Assembly (NCBI GenBank): GCA_963763495.1
Contig: CAVXOY010000019.1
Coordinates: 64,211-128,210, forward strand
Length of the DNA stretch: 64,000 nt
Reading direction: 5' to 3'
Origin: an uncultured Chloroflexia bacterium
Lineage (GTDB): Bacteria; Chloroflexota; Dehalococcoidia; DSTF01; JALHUB01
The notes below the pieces were generated by a model. That model made no database searches, was not told the origin of the DNA, and worked only from the letters and a program-made list of their open reading frames with translations. Position numbers and translations under genes: made by a program. Shown here piece after piece: positions 61,319-64,000 of the stretch; position 1 is the stretch's first letter; every line of letters begins with the position of its first letter.

Positions 61319-64000
61319 GTGCCCAAAAGTAGAAGTCGGCAATCTCCCAGCGAAGCAACGCCCTCACGCCGCCAGGCAGACCTCGACGAGGTCTTGGCGT
61401 CTGCGGTTCGGCTTGCCTGCGATATCCTCAAGAGCGACAGCGCATCGATAGCGCTGGCCGATGAAAAGGGCGTTCTAGCCGTCCACACCCAACACGGTCT
61501 GTCGCCGCGCTTCGTCAGCCGCTGGCGGAAAAGGTCGAACGAGGGCCTCACCGGCATCGTCTTCCGGACCGGGCAACCGTACGTTTCCCCTGACCTCCTG
61601 GCCGATGAGCACTACAAGGGAACGGCCCTGACAAAGGAGGGGCTGCGGGCCCTCCTCGTGGTTCCTCTGAAGGTCGAAGACGCAGTGGTGGGCTGCCTCT
61701 ACATCGGTCAGAAGAACCGCCGCGATTTCTCATCCGAGGAGGTGCAGCTCGCGAGCCTATTTGCCGGCCACGTGTCGATGTCGATTGAGAGCGCCACCCT
61801 TCTGCAACAGGAGCGCGAACAGCGACGGCTCTCGGAGACGCTGCTGGATGTGGTGAGCGCGCCTTCCCTCAGCCTCAGCCTGCGGAAGGTCCTCATCAAG
61901 CTATGTCAATCGGTCCTCAAGCTCACGATCGGCGAGCGTTGCAGCATCTTCATGTTCAACGAGGACACTCACACGCTGGAGCCCGTCATGTCGCTCAGGC
62001 GCAGGGGTCGAGGATCCGAACATGTGGGATAAGTTGCGCGCCTCGGCCGGGCTCAACATACCCGAATTCAAGGGCATCGGCGAGGCAATCAAGGCCCAGG
62101 AACCTATCATCGAGGAGAACGCGCCGAGTTCGACCGTCATTCCCTAGTTTCTGGACAGAGACCTTTCGGCCTGAAGTCGGCGGCACTCTACCCCCTCGTT
62201 CATAGAGAGAAGACGATAGGGATGGCGGAGGTGGACTCCTTCAGCAGATTCGTCCACTTCCCGCGAAGGAGGTCGATGACGCTGGCCGCGATCGCCAAGC
62301 AGGCTGCGATCATCATCGAGAACGCCCGCCTTTTCGAACAGGAGCAGCGGCAGCGGCAAAGAGCCGAGGCGCTGGTAGAGGTGCTTACAGCCACCGCCTC
62401 CACTTACGGCCTAAAGAAGGTTCTCATCAAGCTCTGCCAGGCGGTCGTCAACCTCAGCGTGGGAGATCGCTGCAGCATCCTTATGACGGGTGAAGACGGG
62501 CGCTCGCTGATACCCGTCATGTCCCTGGGGATTGAGGATCAGGACCTCTGGCAGCGATTCCGCAACCCAGCGCCGGGGGAAAACGCAGCCGTCGCGCCGG
62601 AGCATCGCCGCCTGCAAGCCGCCATTGACACGTGGGAGAAGCCGATCGTCATGGAGGATGCGGCGAAATCAGGTCTGATGACACGCTGGTGGGTGGACAA
62701 CTTCAACTTGAAGTCGCTCGCTCTTTACCCGCTCAGGGTGAAGGATCGGACGATTGGAGTCATGACGGTGGACGCGTTCCGCCACCATGTGCATTTCCCC
62801 CAGGAAGAGATCGACACCCTGACTGCTGTCGCCAAGCAGGCGGCTGTGGTTATCGAGGACGCGCGCCTCTACGAGCAGGAGCAGCAGCAGCGGCAGAGGG
62901 CCGAGGCGCTGGCGGAGGTGCTCACGGCCACTGCCTCTGACCTGAGTCTGAAGAAGGTCCTAGTCAAGGTATGCCAGGCGGTGGTCAACCTCAGCGTCGG
63001 CGAGCGCTGCAGTGTCTTCCTGATGGACGGTGACCAACACCGTTTGGAGCCCGTCATGTCCATCGGCCCTGAGGACGACAAGCTCTGGCAGCGATTCCGC
63101 AATCCGCCCGCCAGCGTTGACCGCTCGCCGGGAACGAAGCGCTTCTTCGAGGCCGCAACCCGCTGGCAGAAACCCATCGTCGTCGAGGATGCGAAGAGTT
63201 CGCCGCTGGTGCCGGACTGGTGGGCAAAGACCTTCGACACCAGATCGCTCGTCTTGTACCCGTTGCGGGTAAAGGACAAAACGATAGGGGCGATGACCGT
63301 GGATACCTCCCGCGACAACGTTTCCTTCCCTCAGGAGGAGGTGGAGACGCTGTCCGCCGTTGCCAACCAGGCCGCCATCATAATCGAGAATGCCCGCCTC
63401 CACGAGCAGCTTAAGGAGCAGGCGATCACCGATCCCCTGACAGGGCTATTTAACCACCGTCACATCCACGAGCGCTTGGACGAGGAGTTCGCGCGGGCCT
63501 CTCGCAACGGTCAACCTCTCGCCGTTCTGATGATGGACATGGACAATTTCAAGTTCTTCAACGATACCCGCGGTCATCTTGTAGGTGATGAGGCTCTCCG
63601 CTTCGCCGCCGGGCTGTTCCGAAAGGCGCTACGGGTATCGGACATCGTCGGCCGTTACGGCGGCGATGAGTTCATGGCCATTCTGCCGGAGACGAGTCGC
63701 GAGGAAGCAGAAAGGACAGGGCAGCGGATAGTAGATCTCCTTGCTGAGCACCCCTTCTCGCTCGACGACTCAGGCCAGCAGGTGCCGCTGGAGGTCAGCA
63801 TCGGCGCAGCCTCCTTCCCCAGCGACACAGCCGAAAAGCAGGAGCTCATAGCTCTCGCTGACGAAGCGCTCTACGACGCGAAGCGCATGGGCGGCTCCCA
63901 GGTTGTTCCGGCTCACGCTGACAGCACGGCACCCGGAGTTTCGTGGAGTTACGGCTTCGGATTCCTGCACAGCCTGCTGAACGCCCTGGCCCACAAAGAC
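61319..64000 (+). CDS. four-GAF-domain diguanylate cyclase (GGDEF with I-site), 3' end beyond window; five frameshifts within GAF2 as sequenced
   Basis: GAF1 is in ORF 61319..62032. From about 62180 an unlisted open frame runs to base 64000 (no stop), carrying GAF2 (C-terminal part), GAF3, GAF4 and ...ITDPLTGLFNHR...RVSDIVGRYGGDEF...DEALYDAKRMG. Confidence 0.85.
61800..63410 (+). repeat. tandem domain-level repeat (three GAF units of about 530-540 bp)
   Basis: Long near-identical strings recur, e.g. 62341-62400 versus 62878-62937 (GGAGCAGC(G/A)GCAGCGGCA(A/G)AG(A/G)GCCGAGGCGCTGG...). The protein motifs LxKVLxKxCQAVVNLSVGxRCS, PVMSxG, LWQRFRNP and YPLRVKDxTIG repeat. Confidence 0.8.

Overview
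GC-rich bacterial chromosomal window (G+C judged by eye, not computed). I found no rRNA, tRNA, CRISPR array or mobile element. The phylum is not determinable here. Gene order and the zinc-ribbon ThrC give a weak hint of a Chloroflexota-like lineage.

Layout:
- 1-5.1 kb: glycerate kinase (cut by the window edge), small membrane and metallopeptidase genes, a frameshifted TIM-barrel lipoprotein, and an acyl-CoA dehydrogenase.
- 5.2-11.9 kb: a SAM-I riboswitch followed by a co-directional SAM-cycle and MTA-salvage operon (mtnA, unknown, mtnP, GNAT, ahcY, metK).
- 11.9-15.4 kb: a sugar-nucleotide operon (NDP-sugar pyrophosphorylase, phosphomannomutase, PGI/PMI).
- 15.6-37.8 kb, minus strand: an essentially complete translation supercluster. 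It reads rpsU-yqeY, rpsL-rpsG-fusA, the S10/spc/alpha operons with secY-adk-map-infA-rpmJ, rpoA-rplQ, then truA-rplM-rpsI. There is no tuf between fusA and rpsJ. Several ribosomal proteins and RpoA carry long acidic Ala/Glu/Pro-rich C-terminal tails.
- 38-44 kb: a more accessory-looking stretch with a Tat-exported multicopper oxidase, an amidohydrolase, two desulforedoxin-like mini-ORFs absent from the ORF track, and a divergently transcribed long ArsR-family regulator.
- 44-56 kb: glycosyltransferases, purH-purM-purF, a CDF transporter, folK-folP, an MFS transporter and a Cys-less PTPS/QueD-like gene.
- 56.5-61.2 kb: the most system-like locus. A structured leader with a terminator precedes six genes: a ThrC-like PLP enzyme, a NIL-domain protein, a CysO-like carrier, a second CysO-like carrier fused to a MoeB/ThiF E1, CysM, and a JAMM protease.
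- 61.3 kb to the window end: a four-GAF GGDEF diguanylate cyclase built from tandemly duplicated GAF domains. It runs off the window and is not in the ORF track.

Major caveat: by manual reading I count about two dozen +/-1 frame breaks inside otherwise well-conserved genes, including essential ones (metK, secY, rpsC, rplD, folP). This looks more like consensus indel error than biology, but the breaks are unevenly clustered. Spans given for those genes are frame-corrected spans.
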